From NCBI GenBank assembly GCA_964106915.2, contig OZ066918.1: 64,000 nt of DNA; one strand, written 5' to 3'. The notes under the pieces are model-generated. The model was not told where the DNA came from. It saw only the letters and a list, made by a program, of their open reading frames with translations, and searched no databases. The stretch's first letter is position 1. Every line of letters begins with the position of its first letter. The DNA is from Podarcis gaigeae. Taxonomy: Eukaryota. Both the position numbers and the translations under genes were made by a program. This document shows positions 1-12,628 of the stretch, in pieces.

Positions 1-127
1 TTTCTGTAGGGGAAGGATATGCACACATGCTTGGTGGGGGTTCATATGGCAGAGGTTTGGGCTGAATTCTGCATGCATTTAATGATCGTTCCGGATTTTT
101 TTACCCATTTTCACCATCCCTGAATTA

Positions 128-510
128 GGGACGTGGCTGGCGCTGTGGTCAAAAGCACTGGGCCACTTGGGCTTGCCAATCAGAAGGTTGGTGGCTCAAA
201 TCCCCGTGATGGGGTGAGCTCCCGTTGCTCTGTCCCAGCTCCTGCCAACCTAGCACTTTTGAAAGCACACCAGTGTGAGTAGATAAATAGGTACCACTGT
301 GGCGGGAAGGTAAACAGTGTTTCCGTGTGCTCTGGTTTCCGCCACAGTGTTCCATTGCACCAGAAGCAGTTTAGTCATGCTGGCCACATGACCTGGAAAA
401 CTGTCTGTGGACAAATGCCAGCTCCCTCAGCCTGAAAACGAGATGAGCACCGCAACCCCATAGTCACCTTTGATGGACTTAACCATCCAGGGGTCCTTTA
501 CCTTTACCTT
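128..510 (+). mobile_element. Sauria SINE
   Basis: tRNA-like head (ggcgctgtggtc...ggctcaaatcccc), core ggggtgagctcccgttgct, tail (ACCTTT)n. Confidence 0.9.
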
Positions 511-880
511 CTTTTCACCTATTCCTGAATTATGGGCTCATCCAGATATACCTATTTATTGAGCGTTCACATTCATTTGTTTACAAAGAAGTTAGACTTT
601 GTCTATTCTGTTTCTTTTGTATGTTTGACTTTAAAGTTCTTAATTTCTTCAAACCTAAACACAAAAATTACAGATTTTGCATACAGAAATAGTGACAATT
701 ACAACAAAAACTGATTACAACAAAAACTGAGAACAAATAATCCAACAAAATTTTACAACTGAGATTAATAATTCCAAAGTCCAGAACTATGATAAAATAT
801 ATCCTATCAGTATTCCCTTTCAGCTCAAGGTATTATATTGTAAATTGTAAAAAATAACCTCTGGTGTGTTGTCTAAGATA

Positions 881-1106
881 CAGTGGTACCTCGGGTTAAG
901 TATTTAATTCGTTCCGGAGGTCCGTTCTTAACCTGAAACTGTTCTTAACCTGAAGCACCACTTTAGCTAATGGGGCCTCCCGCTGCTGCCGCGCCGCCGG
1001 AGCATAATTTCTGTTCTCATCCTGAAGCAAAGTTCTCAACCCAAGGTACTATTTCTGGGTTAGCGGAGTCTGTAACCTGAAGCGTATGTAACCCGAGGTG
1101 CCACTG
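881..1106. mobile_element. Tc1/mariner(Tigger)-type MITE
   Basis: TIR cagtggtacctcgggtta...taacccgaggtgccactg, TA on both sides. Confidence 0.9.
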
Positions 1107-2216
1107 TATAGGTGGGGGCAAATAAATCAGATTAAATTAAAGGTTTCAAGTTATTCTTGTTTCATTTGCAGGATGCTTAACACTTGTTAGTTTCCGAATC
1201 CCTTTGAGGTATATCATATTAGTAAGTTATCCAGATCCTCACAACAGATTACTAACTTTATAATTTCTCTCCTTCCTTTACTGGTGTTGTTTTCTAGATA
1301 ACAGAGCTTCAGTCATAACTCTCATATACCAGTAACAAATGTGCATAATCCAAGGCTTGTGCTTGATTTTTTGTAGAAACAATAAAATAATACCAAACTG
1401 GATAAAATGTGTCTGATTTCTTTTGTGTAGTTGCCAATCTGCATCTCTCTATTAGTTTTTCTAATAAGGCCACATGTCTAATTATACCACATGTCTAAGT
1501 TCAGTCCCTCAAGGATTTTCTAGGGTCTTACTATCCTTGCCTTCACAGCAGTTAAAAAGTGACAGATGGGATCCTTGTTTTGCAAAGGTATATTTGCATC
1601 TGTAAATGGATTAAGAAGAGCCAATGTGGTGCCTTTTTAATTTTTTTATTCATTATAGTTTGTATTTTCCAGGAAGAAAACATCTAAAACGCCTGTACTT
1701 TTTGGTGCATCCGCCACATATGTATATTCCTACTTCCCCAAAGCACCTCCAACAAAGGCCACACAATGTGATGTTAATGTGAGATTCTGTGGAGTCATGT
1801 ACTAGCAGTGGACCAGTTTCAGGTTTTGACACCTAATGTGTGTGGAAATTGTTTTAAACAGTGGTTTCTCCCACACAGCTGTTCGTAGAGACTCCTCTAT
1901 CACGTTTCCACAATTCTTTCCCCACAAAGATCTTAAGAGATCAGCAGTACCTGTATCTATGTCCAGCAAAATTTCATATAAGACTTGTGCCTTGTTATCC
2001 GGCCTCTTCAATAATAAAGCTATTTTCCCAAGTTGTCAATTATTGAAGGACCAATTTTTGAATGTCTCTCTTACTTAGAAAAGAAGGCAACTGTCTCCAT
2101 AACAGCCAATGTATTGGGGTGTCATGTGAGTTTCGGCTCTTACAATGGTTTGCTGTCCTTATAGAAACTTTTTAGTTTGTCCAGCTTCCTTTGTTTCCAT
2201 ACCATCAAATTATATA

Positions 2217-2463
2217 TAGTGGTACCTCGGGTTAAGTACTTAATTCGTTCTGGAGGTCTGTTCTTAACCTGAAACTGTTCTTAACCTGAAGCACCAGTTT
2301 AGCTAATGGGGCCTCCTGCTGCTGCCACGCCGCCAGAGCACGATTTCTCTTCTCATCCTGAAGCAAAGTTCTTAACCTGAGGTACTATTTCTGGGTTAGC
2401 GGAGTCTGTAACCTGAAGCGTATGTAACCCAACCTGAAGTGTATGTATCCCGAGGTACCACTG
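2217..2463. mobile_element. Tc1/mariner-type MITE, same family as 881-1106
   Basis: Highly similar internal sequence, same TIR, TA flanks. Confidence 0.9.
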
Positions 2464-3346
2464 TATCCTAAGCTAACTTTAAAAAAAAGTCTGGATGAAA
2501 CATCAAAGGAATTAAGGTGCCTGCTGAATAGCTAGACATTCCCTAAACTTCAACTCAGAGTTGTGCAGCAATAAACAAACTAAAGGGCCCTGGGGGTAGA
2601 AAACATGGATGTTTCTGTCACAAAGACAGACTTGCTCTTCCATCACGAATTTCAAAAATACTTTCCACCTGTTATTGTGTGAGAAAGATTACAACTAAGT
2701 TACATTTTAACACTTTACATTTTAACTGTGAAAAGGATAGTGTCTTAACCACAAATTGTTTCATATGTACTCTTCATTGAGGAGAATGGGGAAATCCATG
2801 TAGAAGTTGTCCAAATGTTATTTCCCACAAAATAATCTGATAGGGTGGTGATGTCCTATGAGTCTTCAATGAGTCCTTTAAAGGCATCTAGCTGATGTGG
2901 AGTACAGAGCTGTGTGTGGTGTTTGGGGATGATTGATGTACTTGGTTTTAGATTTTTCTTCCTCTTTCGCTTGTTTGGGTTATGAACTTGCTTCCTTCCT
3001 CCTTCAGAAAATCTGTCATCTTCATCATCGTCTCCCTCATCTGAGGGTATATCTGTGTTGAGAGTGCCTTCTGGTAATTGCGCCTCTAACACTGTCAGCA
3101 GCCTCACTGACTCTTTAATGTTTCATGCTGAAGGTGCCTCTGTTAACTATCAGTAAAAGAAAAACCCCACTGGTACCTTAAGTTTACTTCTTGCATCTGA
3201 AATGTGAATGGATGGAGTTCCCTGAATTTCCTTAAAGTTTCAGGACGAAGGTCATCCATGACCATTGTTAACTGGGGTTAATATGCTATACTCTGTTGGC
3301 TGTGTATTTTTTTGCCTTTGCTATTTCTCTACTTTGTTTTTTTCAG

Positions 3347-3347
<1 letters not shown>

Positions 3348-3392
<45 letters not shown>

Positions 3393-3502
3393 TATACCTC
3401 GCCCATGACACTCTGGGCAGCTTCCAACAAAATATTAAAATACAATAGTCCGTCAAACATTAAAATCTTCCCTAAACAGGGCTGCCTTCAGATGTCTTCT
3501 AA
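3348..3502 (-). mobile_element. LINE (L2-like) 3' end with (ATT)n microsatellite tail
   Basis: (AAT)n at 3348-3392 abuts ...cttccctaaacagggctgccttcagatgtcttctaaa, typical of an L2-type terminus. Confidence 0.65.
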
Positions 3503-4400
3503 AAGGTTTCTGTTCTACTTAAGTTTACTTTTCTTCAGCATTTAATCTTTTCCTCTTATTTTTTTCCATCACTCAATGGAAGAGTGTTTGCTTTACATGC
3601 GGAAGATCTCTGGCTCAATCCGACGGCCATTTTGTTGAACTTTCTTCATTCTCTGCTTGGAAAAATACATCTTTCAGAATGTTGTTATTTTGCAGGTGGG
3701 ATTCAGTTGCACACTGCCAAATTCAGCTTGTACAAATGAAGTGGATTTGGCACTCTTATGCAACAAACCTGGTCCCCCACTCACAGTCAGTAATTTTGCA
3801 GTAAGGAAGGTAATGTGAAAATATGCTGAAAATGGTGGGGAGACAATTGCTTTATGTGATATCATATAACTTCATTGCAAACCAGTCAGAATGAAGGCTT
3901 AATAAACAGTCAACATTATCTAATCTCTCCACAAAGTTTCTGCAACTTAATCAGAATAAATGCTCAATAACAAAGTCATCAGTAAGTGACCAAAGGCTCT
4001 GTACCTTGAACAGGGCAAGTATAATAAGCTGGCTAGAATTAATGACTGTTTCTAATAGCATTACTCTGTCATCTCATACTTCAAGCAGTCCCTAAGTGAA
4101 CCTACAAACACCAGAAAAATCCATGTAAACAATTTGCAAAGTTAAGAGCACCAGCTGCATCATCAGCTCTTTAGTATAAATATGCCTTTGGGCACTGAAC
4201 TTTTGTTTTCCTTCTGCTCAGTAGCAAAGCATAGTGCAGCTCTTCAAGCAGTAACAAAGCATGTTCTGCAAACAGAATGTCAAGGTTTCATCTGTTGTAA
4301 TCATGCTAAGTTTAACAGGAGGAGTGAACAGTGGCAACTTGTGAGGCAGTGTTACAGGTGGTAGGAAGAATGAGGAAGAGGCTGCTAGATACACCTGGCT

Positions 4401-4534
4401 CAGGGATGGGAGGTCTGTGGCCTTCCAGTGGTGGGCTTCAACTCCCATCAGCCCAGGCCAGCATGGCCAATGGTTAGTACCAATGGGAAGTGGTGTTCAA
4501 CAAATTCTAGAGGGCCACAGGTTTCCCGTCCCTA
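4401..4534. mobile_element. hAT-type hairpin MITE (degenerate)
   Basis: cagggatggga...tcccgtccct ends; core caactcccatcagccc...tgggaagt shared with 7839-7975. Confidence 0.6.
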
Positions 4535-5611
4535 TCCTAGCCAGTCCACATTCATGCACCAGTAGGTCCTGAAGGCAGAAATGCTCTGATTCCAGCCCAG
4601 CCTTGCATATCTCTCTAGTAAGCTCATGGGGCCTCATCTTCCGCATGGGCCCTCTTCAGTGGTGGTGTCCTCTTGCCCTCCCCATAAATTCCATCCATTT
4701 CTACAAATGGACAAGGCCTTGGGAAAGTCAGACTAGTCACAGTGGATGCCCAAGAGACTGAAGGCAAACACCAGCAAAGATCTTAGGGATGTCAGAAGTC
4801 TTCAACAGGAAGTCAAGGGAGCTGACTAGAAACTGCCTTTGCATCCATAACGAGGAGAGAAAATGCAGCCAGTGAGAAGATGGGAGTTACAGCTTGCATT
4901 AATTGACTCTTCCAAGCTCATGTTACACTCCTCTGCCCTCAACTAGTCTTTGTACAGTTGAAGCATAGCGGGCGAGCTGCAGTTAATTCAGACAGCATCT
5001 TTAAACAGAGGGGGGAAATAGACTCCCTTCCTGGCACATTTAATTGGTGACCTGCCGACTTAACAGGACAATTTTACTTGAACTGTCTGCCTTGTGGAAG
5101 TGCTTTAGGGTTTGATTGGCCTGTCCGTCACCACAGGAGGGGGTGCATAATGAGCATCGTACTGAAAATTGCTCCCTGGAAGAGTCGCCAGGAACTGGGC
5201 ACTCTTTTTCTGCATGAAAATACAAAGCGCATGGTTTATGCTTGGGACAAATGACCTGCCATTACTTAAGCCTACAGCAACAAAAAGATATGGGATGGTG
5301 ATGGAAGTGTGATGACCTATACTATCTATGGAAATTATGTGGCCTTCTAGCTTGCAGTAATCATGGGTGGGATGTATATCTACAGAGTTTCACGGCATGT
5401 ATTTCACTTTTGATCCCATAAACACAGAGCATTCAGATGATGTGCTTCATGGTTAAAAGAAGTAACCAAACAACCACAAACTGATGGGCATTGTCGCTGG
5501 AACGCAACACACCTATCACTGCTTTGCTTCAAGGTTAACCTGATATCCATAGTCAAAACAAAAAAAAATTCCTTCCAGTAGCACCTTAAAGACCAACTAA
5601 GTTAGTTCTTG

Positions 5612-5649
5612 GTATGAGCTTTCGTGTGCATGCACACTTCTTCAGATAC
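5612..5649 (-). ncRNA. Minimal type I hammerhead ribozyme motif (mirror copy)
   Basis: Exact reverse complement of 5943-5980. Confidence 0.75.
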
Positions 5650-5942
5650 ACTGAAACAGAAGTTACCAGACCCTTCTATATAGTGAGAAGGTGGGGAGGG
5701 GTATTACTCAGAAGGGTGGTGGGAATGGGTGATTGGCAGATGGCTGTGATGAGCCTGTTGACGACTCTTAACGACTGCAATAGGTCTTACAGGAAAAAGC
5801 AGTAAGACCTATTGCAGTCGTTAAGAGTCGTCAACAGGCTCATCACAGCTATCTGCCAATCACCCATTCCCACCACCCTTCTGAGTAATACCCCTCCCCA
5901 CCTTCTCACTATATAGAAGGGTCTGGTAACTTCTGTTTCAGT

Positions 5943-5980
5943 GTATCTGAAGAAGTGTGCATGCACACGAAAGCTCATAC
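5943..5980 (+). ncRNA. Minimal type I hammerhead ribozyme motif
   Basis: GUAU-CUGAAGA-A-GUGUGC(AU)GCACAC-GAAA-GC-UC-AUAC: core CUGANGA and GAAA, stem I GUAU/AUAC, stem II, palindromic AGCU in place of stem III. Confidence 0.75.
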
Positions 5981-7838
5981 CAAGAACTAACTTACTTGGT
6001 CTTTAAGGTGCTACTGGAAGGAATTTTTTTTGTTTTGACTATGGCAGACCAACACGGCTACCTATCTGTAACTGACATCCATAAGCAGCTTATGAGTTTG
6101 TCTGCTCACACATTCAGTCTGTCACACGCATACCCTAACAAGGTATGTTAGGCTGCTTTCTATAGTTAGGGTAGCTCTGTTAATGTGCACCACTGCATGG
6201 TCCTAAACACTGCACATAATCAGAAATCTGGGCTTTTGCATGGTTCATAATTGGACGGAAAGAGTGTGAATGCATATGACAGCGGGACATGTTGTGCTGA
6301 ATGCAGGCAAGCTGAGGGCATCTGATTCTTCCTTACTGGTAACACCCCTCTTTTCAGTTATTATTTCATTAAAAGCATTTTCAACACACGTCTCCATTAA
6401 AAAGCTCAAGGTGCCGTACATTTTGGGTTGAGTCAAAATTTCTCAATAAAAGCTTTTGAATAAATTCAGGCAAAATGTCTCCTTTCCCCTTCCCTGCTCA
6501 GAAATAGCATAAAGAATATTGGGAGGCTGTTTTCATCCCTCCTTACAATGTAATCAACAGGTTTAAACCAACAATAAAATATAAAATACACAACCAGAAA
6601 GGAGAGCAGATTCAACACATAAAAACATTTTCATTATCAAATTAGGCAGGCTAAAATTTACAGCTTGGGAAGCCAAATGGCTGCTAGAAAATGAATGTTT
6701 TCACAAAGTGGTAGAAGGTCATCAGAGGGTTTGAAACAAAGAATGTGGAGTAACAGTCATCTCTTCAAAGATTTGAGAGTCTATGGGTGGTATTCAACTA
6801 AATTTTACTCAGAGCAGATCCACTGAAATTAACAGTCATCGTTAACTTAGCCATTAATTTCAATGCGACTACTCTGATTAAAAGTTAGTTGACAACAGTC
6901 CTACGTTAACACAAACTCATGAATTGCATTAGACCCCAGTCAGAAGATTTATTTATTTCAAAGCATTTATTAACCGCTTTACATGATAAAAAGTTAAAAG
7001 ATGTAAGTGATGTACAATTTAAAAAACACCCAGTATCATTTTTAGAATAGCCAAAAACCAATAACAGCAACATAAAACATGTTTACAGTGCATATACAGA
7101 TAATATAAATATAGATTACATTATGTAAACAGAAGCCTGCCACCTCTGGGTTGGTGGTGATGCAGAAAACCTGAGTTGACGTTTGCTCCAATTGAGTGCT
7201 GAAGAACAGGTTTTCATGGGGGAAGCTCCAGGGCAAAAAAACAACAACAAACCACTCAGATATGGAGCTTTTAAGCATGGACATGTGCCTGGAAAAAGCG
7301 GGGCAAAAGGTAAGTGTGGTTAAGCCCTAAAGTGGCAATGCCCCAAAGTAAAAACTGTTCTGGCAAATGATCTTTGTTACTATTTCTAGGTAACACAGCA
7401 ACAGATTCAATTAGAACAAGCTTTGGCTTTGCTCTTGATTTTCCAAGGTCCAAACAAATCACTGCTGCACAAGGGTTCAAGAGTGTACCTCCTAATTGCT
7501 GCACACATAGATATTGGCCTGGGGGGGATAGGAAGATGCTACCAACTGGCGCTTGCTGATAGGCATACACAAAGATGTGAGCAGACAAGAGGTGAAATGG
7601 AACAGGATATGTTTCTAGAGAAATGTTTCTTTTCCCATGCTGTAACACATGCCTAGAAAAAAAAGGCCAATTGTGACAAATTAGAAAGTTGCCTCAAGTG
7701 TTGGTGATCATATTGTTGGCCAGGTCCACGTTAGCAGTACAGTCCAGAACTGGTGTCTTTCATTTCTTTACTTTCTGTGGGTATCAGATAGAAGCTGGTT
7801 GGAGGGGAAACACATCACATTTCTTAAATAAGCTACAG

Positions 7839-7975
7839 CAGGCATAAGCAAACTCGGCCCTTCAGATGTTTTGGGACCACAACTCCCATCATCCCTAGCT
7901 AACAGGAATAGTGGTCAGGGGTGATGGGAGCTGTAGTCCCAAAACATTCTGGAGGGCCGAGTTTGCCTATGCCTG
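7839..7975. mobile_element. hAT-type hairpin MITE
   Basis: Long TIRs caggcataagcaaactcggccc / gggccgagtttgcctatgcctg; 8-bp TSD agctacag/agctaccg. Confidence 0.88.
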
Positions 7976-8994
7976 AGCTACCGGATAACTATGAGATGTG
8001 GCTACCATCATGCGTACTTGGCTTCAAACACCAGAGGTGTCAGAGCGGGTGGAAGCAGTGATATGTACACACCGGTGAAGTCCATTTGTTCACTGTTCAG
8101 TATGAGGATGAGCAAAGGACAAGCTATATGGTCAAAGAAACGGGAGGATTCTAGTAAACTCATTGCAGGTAGCAAAATGAAACACATGGATGCCCAAATG
8201 AAAGTTTTCCAGCATTAGGTTGAGCTGTTTACCCAGTACAGCAGAAGTAGGAAACTTGTGAGCTACACACTGAAATCCAACAGCACCTGCAGGGCCACAC
8301 TCGCAAAATATAGGAATCGGCGTATCTCTGTTTTTCTTCCTGGTTAGTAACTGAGGGGTGGTGGGAGGGTGAGAAATGTTTATTTTCCAAGAACTAAATC
8401 TGATACACACTGGAGAAGCCAACTTGTATAGGGCAGCATTCATATTCATAAAACCACAAGCTGAGCCACAGAGAATTCAGGGCAGGTATGTTGAACAAGA
8501 TTTGTAAGGGAATTCTCTCTCAGCTTCCTCAACCTTTTGTGTACCTCCTGCTGACTGGCTGATGATTGAGAAAGAAAGAAATCAATAAGTGCAGTGGGAT
8601 GGGGTGGAATAGGGTGGGAAGAACATTACAAACTACATGAGAGTGTGATCCTAGCCCCAAGAGAAACAAGCTATCTCTAGCCCAGATTCTCCTTGCTGTC
8701 TCCCACTACAAGTTGTGTAGTTAAAACCTACCATGCTATCAATAATAGATTCAATATTCCCAAAGTTATGAAAAATGATCTTCCTGGGTAATTAGATGTG
8801 GGTTCTCTTTCTCTTTTCCTTCAGTACGTTTGAGTTAAAAGGAGAAAATAAGAGATAGCTTTGGGTAGACAGAACACTGTACTGCCCTGCTGCATTTTCT
8901 GCCATAGCATTAGAAAACTACACATGGTCAAAGCCATATGGAGAAGACGCAGGACTGGTCAACAGGTGAGTAAAACATCAACATGTGTAGATAC

Positions 8995-9398
8995 CATACA
9001 CAGCACAACAGGACAATGACCTATCAATATGGTTATCCTGACCCAACAACCTACCCCCACCCTCAACACACATACAAACAAGACACACTGCAATCAATTG
9101 AATGCAGCCAACCAAGCTTGGAACCCCTAGCACCTCGTATTATCAATCAATCAATACAGGACCTAGCCACACAAACCCTGACACAAACCCTTATACTAAT
9201 AACAGGCAATAGTATGAAAGAACAATACCCCCCCCCTCTGCCCCCTTTTCCTCCAACTGCAAAATGTCTATGCCAAAAGTGTCTCTTGCTATATGTAAAC
9301 AAACTGTGAAAGAGACTATGAATTTAAATTGGAGACAATTTCTATTTATCTGTTTGGTTTGTAACACAAAAAGCTTTAATAAAAACTTATTTTAAAAA
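8995..9398 (+). mobile_element. 5'-truncated retroposed insertion (probably LINE 3' end)
   Basis: C/A-rich body, AATAAA and short A-tail, flanking duplication atgtgtaga(t/c)ac. Confidence 0.65.
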
Positions 9399-9823
9399 AT
9401 GTGTAGACACAGTCTCACCAGCTGAACACAGCTATAGACAGCTTGTACACAGGTACAAGATAATGCATGAACACATGTATAGTTACTGGTTTTAGCTTTC
9501 AACAAATGGCCTGCTTTTTTTTACAGTGGTTCAGTGATATATTTTGCCTTCACGAATACATTTTAGTTTGCATATGCACCAGGGTCCCAGAGAGTGTTCT
9601 CCTCTTTTACATAGCTGTGCTCTTTTAAGGTGTGTCTTGATGTGGACTTAGAATTAAGCCTTGGCTGCGTTTGAAAAAAGCAGCTGAGAATACAAGTATT
9701 CTCCTATCAGTGCCCCAACCCATGGCACCATTTCTTTAAAATCCTTAATGCTTCAGGGTGTTCAAAGTGCTTCCCATCAATATTCTTTATCTCGACCCTA
9801 GGAAACAGGTCAAAAAATGTATA

Positions 9824-10047
9824 CAGTGGTACCTCGGTTTACGAACTTAATCCATTCTGGAAGTCTGTTGTTAAATCAAGGCATGCTTTCCCTAATGAGG
9901 CCTCCCACCACCAGTGCCCTTCCACCGTTCAGATTCCGTTCTTAGCCTCAGGTAAATTTCTCAAACCAAGACACTATTTCTGGTTTTGCGGAGTTTGTAA
10001 ACCAAATTGTTCTTAAATCGGACTGTTCTTAAACCGAGGTACCACTG
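9824..10047. mobile_element. Tc1/mariner-type MITE, related subfamily
   Basis: TA|cagtggtacctcggttta...taaaccgaggtaccactg|TA. Confidence 0.88.
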
Positions 10048-12628
10048 TACCCACATTTCAGATGAAAGACTGAGGGACGGTTGTGTGTCTAAGAACATAC
10101 AATGTCCACTACAATTAGAGCAAGCTGAGAGTCACAAGCTAGCTTGAAATTGTGGTTTAAGGTTCCCAAATCATAGCTAGTGAACCAGGTCAGATTGACT
10201 GTCATGAACTCGCAGGACACAGAGGAAGGGGGAATAGATCCTGGTGAGGGGTGTAGCCACAATTGGTACACACCGGGTCAAACTGAAGAGGAGGGAGGGG
10301 AAGTTGGGGACTTAGGAGGTACTCACAGGACATCAGAGGATGTTTTAGGGGCAGCTGACAGTTCAGGGGTGCCAGAGGAGGGGGGATATCACCAGAACCA
10401 GAGATGCCCCGTCTCTACAGACACAACAGGCTCTGAGGCAGCAGGAACAGTAGGAAGGGTATTCTAAGAGACTGAGGCAGGCAAGGGAACACAGCCCAGC
10501 TCACTAGTGGACCAGGTGGAGATCATGGGGCTCATTAGGTCTGGGAAGAGGGTGGTGGTCACTCAGCTGGAGAAGGTCAAAGCAAGTGAGGATCACATGC
10601 TTCATCAAGTAGAGAGGCACAGCTGCTCAGGAGCAGCAATCAAGATTGGGAAAGATAAAAGGGAAGCAAGGCAGAGACTCTGTGTCTGGGCAACTTTCTC
10701 CATTGATGAACTATGGCTTGGCTGCTTTGGGAATGCCACTGGACTGTGACTTCAGGACTGACCCAAGGTTGTAGTGCATGTTGTATTGGAACTGGACTGG
10801 TATTTGACCATTTGGGCCGTCTGACTAGTCTCTAATGTTGCCCTTGGGGCTGTGTGCACTATCGAGACTTACTTCCTGGTGCACTTGGACACAGGACATT
10901 CATCCATAGAAAACAACCATAGTTTTGACTAAATAGGCCATTGTTCAGTGTTACATCCTAACCAGGCCAATGAGAGATTTGAACCAGAGACATTCTGGTT
11001 CATAATTGATGAACAACCTTGCTTTTCTGCACTAGTTCTTCACACCATGCATCAGAATGATACTGTTACAAATCATGTGAGATTGTTTGACAATTAAGGC
11101 CTATTCAATTAGACTTTTTTCTGCTCCATGTAGTTCCACAAAGTTTTCTTCCACTCCTTCTGTAATTTAAATAATTTAGTTTCCCTCCTTCTTACCCACA
11201 GACCTCAAGATATAAATATGATACCTATGTGATAAATTTATTTATCATGTGCCCTAATAGCTTCCCCTACTCACTAATCCATCTCCCTGGGACTTATTAC
11301 TTGGCACATCAAGCCCCCAAGCAACTTAAAAAATCTCTTCCTCCCACTTCGACTGCAAATTTTCAGTCTGAACCCCAGAAGAGCAGAATTCAGTATCAAA
11401 TCAACTTCGAATACATACAGATTAATTTGTCATGACAGTGGAGGCCCATAGCTCCAATCCTAAATGCAATTACTGGAATGCAAGTCCCATTAAACTTGCT
11501 GGAAATTACTATTTCCAAGTAAATATGCTAAAGATTGTGTTAAAACTCAAACTATATGTTAGATGGTTTTCATTCCCTCCCTCATTTTGTCAAGACAATA
11601 TCAGCATGCAGCCAGTGAGGCAAGGTTCGGATGGGGCCGAAATTTGTTTCAGTTAGTATTCAAAGCCATCCTACCTAGTTTGTCCTTTCTGGAACAAGAT
11701 GTGAACTGAAGCACAGCTAAGCTTCAAAGTTCACAATTCTCCAAATTTTACAATGCAGTTTGCTAATCAAGTAATCTGTACAAACAGATAGATAGACTGG
11801 CTAGGTGTGCATAAAAATGAATATGAGAGTGAACATATTAAAAAATACATTAGGCAGACATTCACACTGCAATGCTGGTGAATTTTCAAGAGGACTTTGC
11901 AGAAAAGATTGTAGGCTGCTGTAGAAGTACAGAGCTCTGAACTCAAGACTAGAAAAATGAGAAATTGAAATTGACAGATTCATTTGTCTGCACTTTCTAT
12001 GCACCTCTCCCAAAAAGATCGAAAGATGAAACAGAAAACATAGTTTTGGAGCATGACGTATCTTAATGGAGAGGTCAATCCATACATATGCATGTAGTTC
12101 AGCTCTCTGAAAATCTATCCACAGAATGAGAAATTAATTGTCCTTCAATCCAACCATGAGCCTAAAACATGGTGAGGGAAAGACACACCCAGAGAAACTT
12201 GTGAGGGGCAGAGAGTGGGCTGGCTACAGCTAGCTTAAATAGGGATGTTTGAGAAATCTGACAACAGAAATGGGAGCAGAAATTGCTGCTGTTCATTTAT
12301 TTGTCCCATATCTAGAACGGAAATCAATCCAGCGAATACACTGTGGAGTATAAAGTGGATTTGATGTTTCCCATATGTGCCTGTCTTTCACATTGTCCAC
12401 ATGACATGGATGTCAACCAAGTGGCAGGCCACACTCCCCCACCCCACCCCAAATTAAGATTTTCCTGATCTGTGGATAATGCAGTCAGGTGTGGGAGAGA
12501 GAAATCCAACATAAAATCAAAGGGTGGATGCAGTGAAGGGCATTGTGTGGCCAGGATGTTGTTGTTGTTGTTGTTTGGCTTGTTTGCATTTAAACTTTTA
12601 AATTAATACAAAACATAAACATTGGTAT

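Larger units (their letters stand above)
540..3130 (-). mobile_element. Degraded L1-clade LINE remnant interrupted by two MITEs (boundaries approximate)
   Basis: The - strand around 1690-2010 reads LKLVHCxYMTPQ...CWRCFGEVG, resembling the Cys-rich L1 ORF2 C-terminus; many stops and frameshifts. Confidence 0.55.
5547..6073. mobile_element. Penelope-like element remnant: inverted pair of pseudo-LTRs (palindrome)
   Basis: Arms 5547-5790 and 5802-6044 are reverse complements (2 substitutions, 1 indel); hammerhead motif followed by ggtctttaaggtgctac...gcagaccaacacggctac terminus; imperfect 12-bp flanking duplication ctga(t/c)atccata. Confidence 0.8.

Noticed and set aside
881-2463. Recurrent aacctgaag units and palindromes suggestive of a CRISPR-like array
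   Set aside because: Eukaryotic DNA; these are MITE sub-terminal repeats with no repeat-spacer periodicity
2856-3107. Acidic then basic (KRKRKK) 83-aa ORF resembling a nuclear protein
   Set aside because: No splice context; lies in the degraded L1-like remnant and is probably ORF1 or inter-ORF debris
3569-3630. tRNA-like A/B box sequence (similar ones near 23950 and 31560)
   Set aside because: Degenerate SINE heads with no cloverleaf; not tRNA genes
5614-5978. Twin 63-aa ORFs (MSFRVHAHFFRY...) on opposite strands
   Set aside because: By-product of the inverted repeat; they run antisense through the hammerhead/pLTR and have no coding signature
10200-10900. Purine-rich block starting tgtcatg, possibly a solo LTR
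   Set aside because: Could not find matching termini with a TSD; left unannotated
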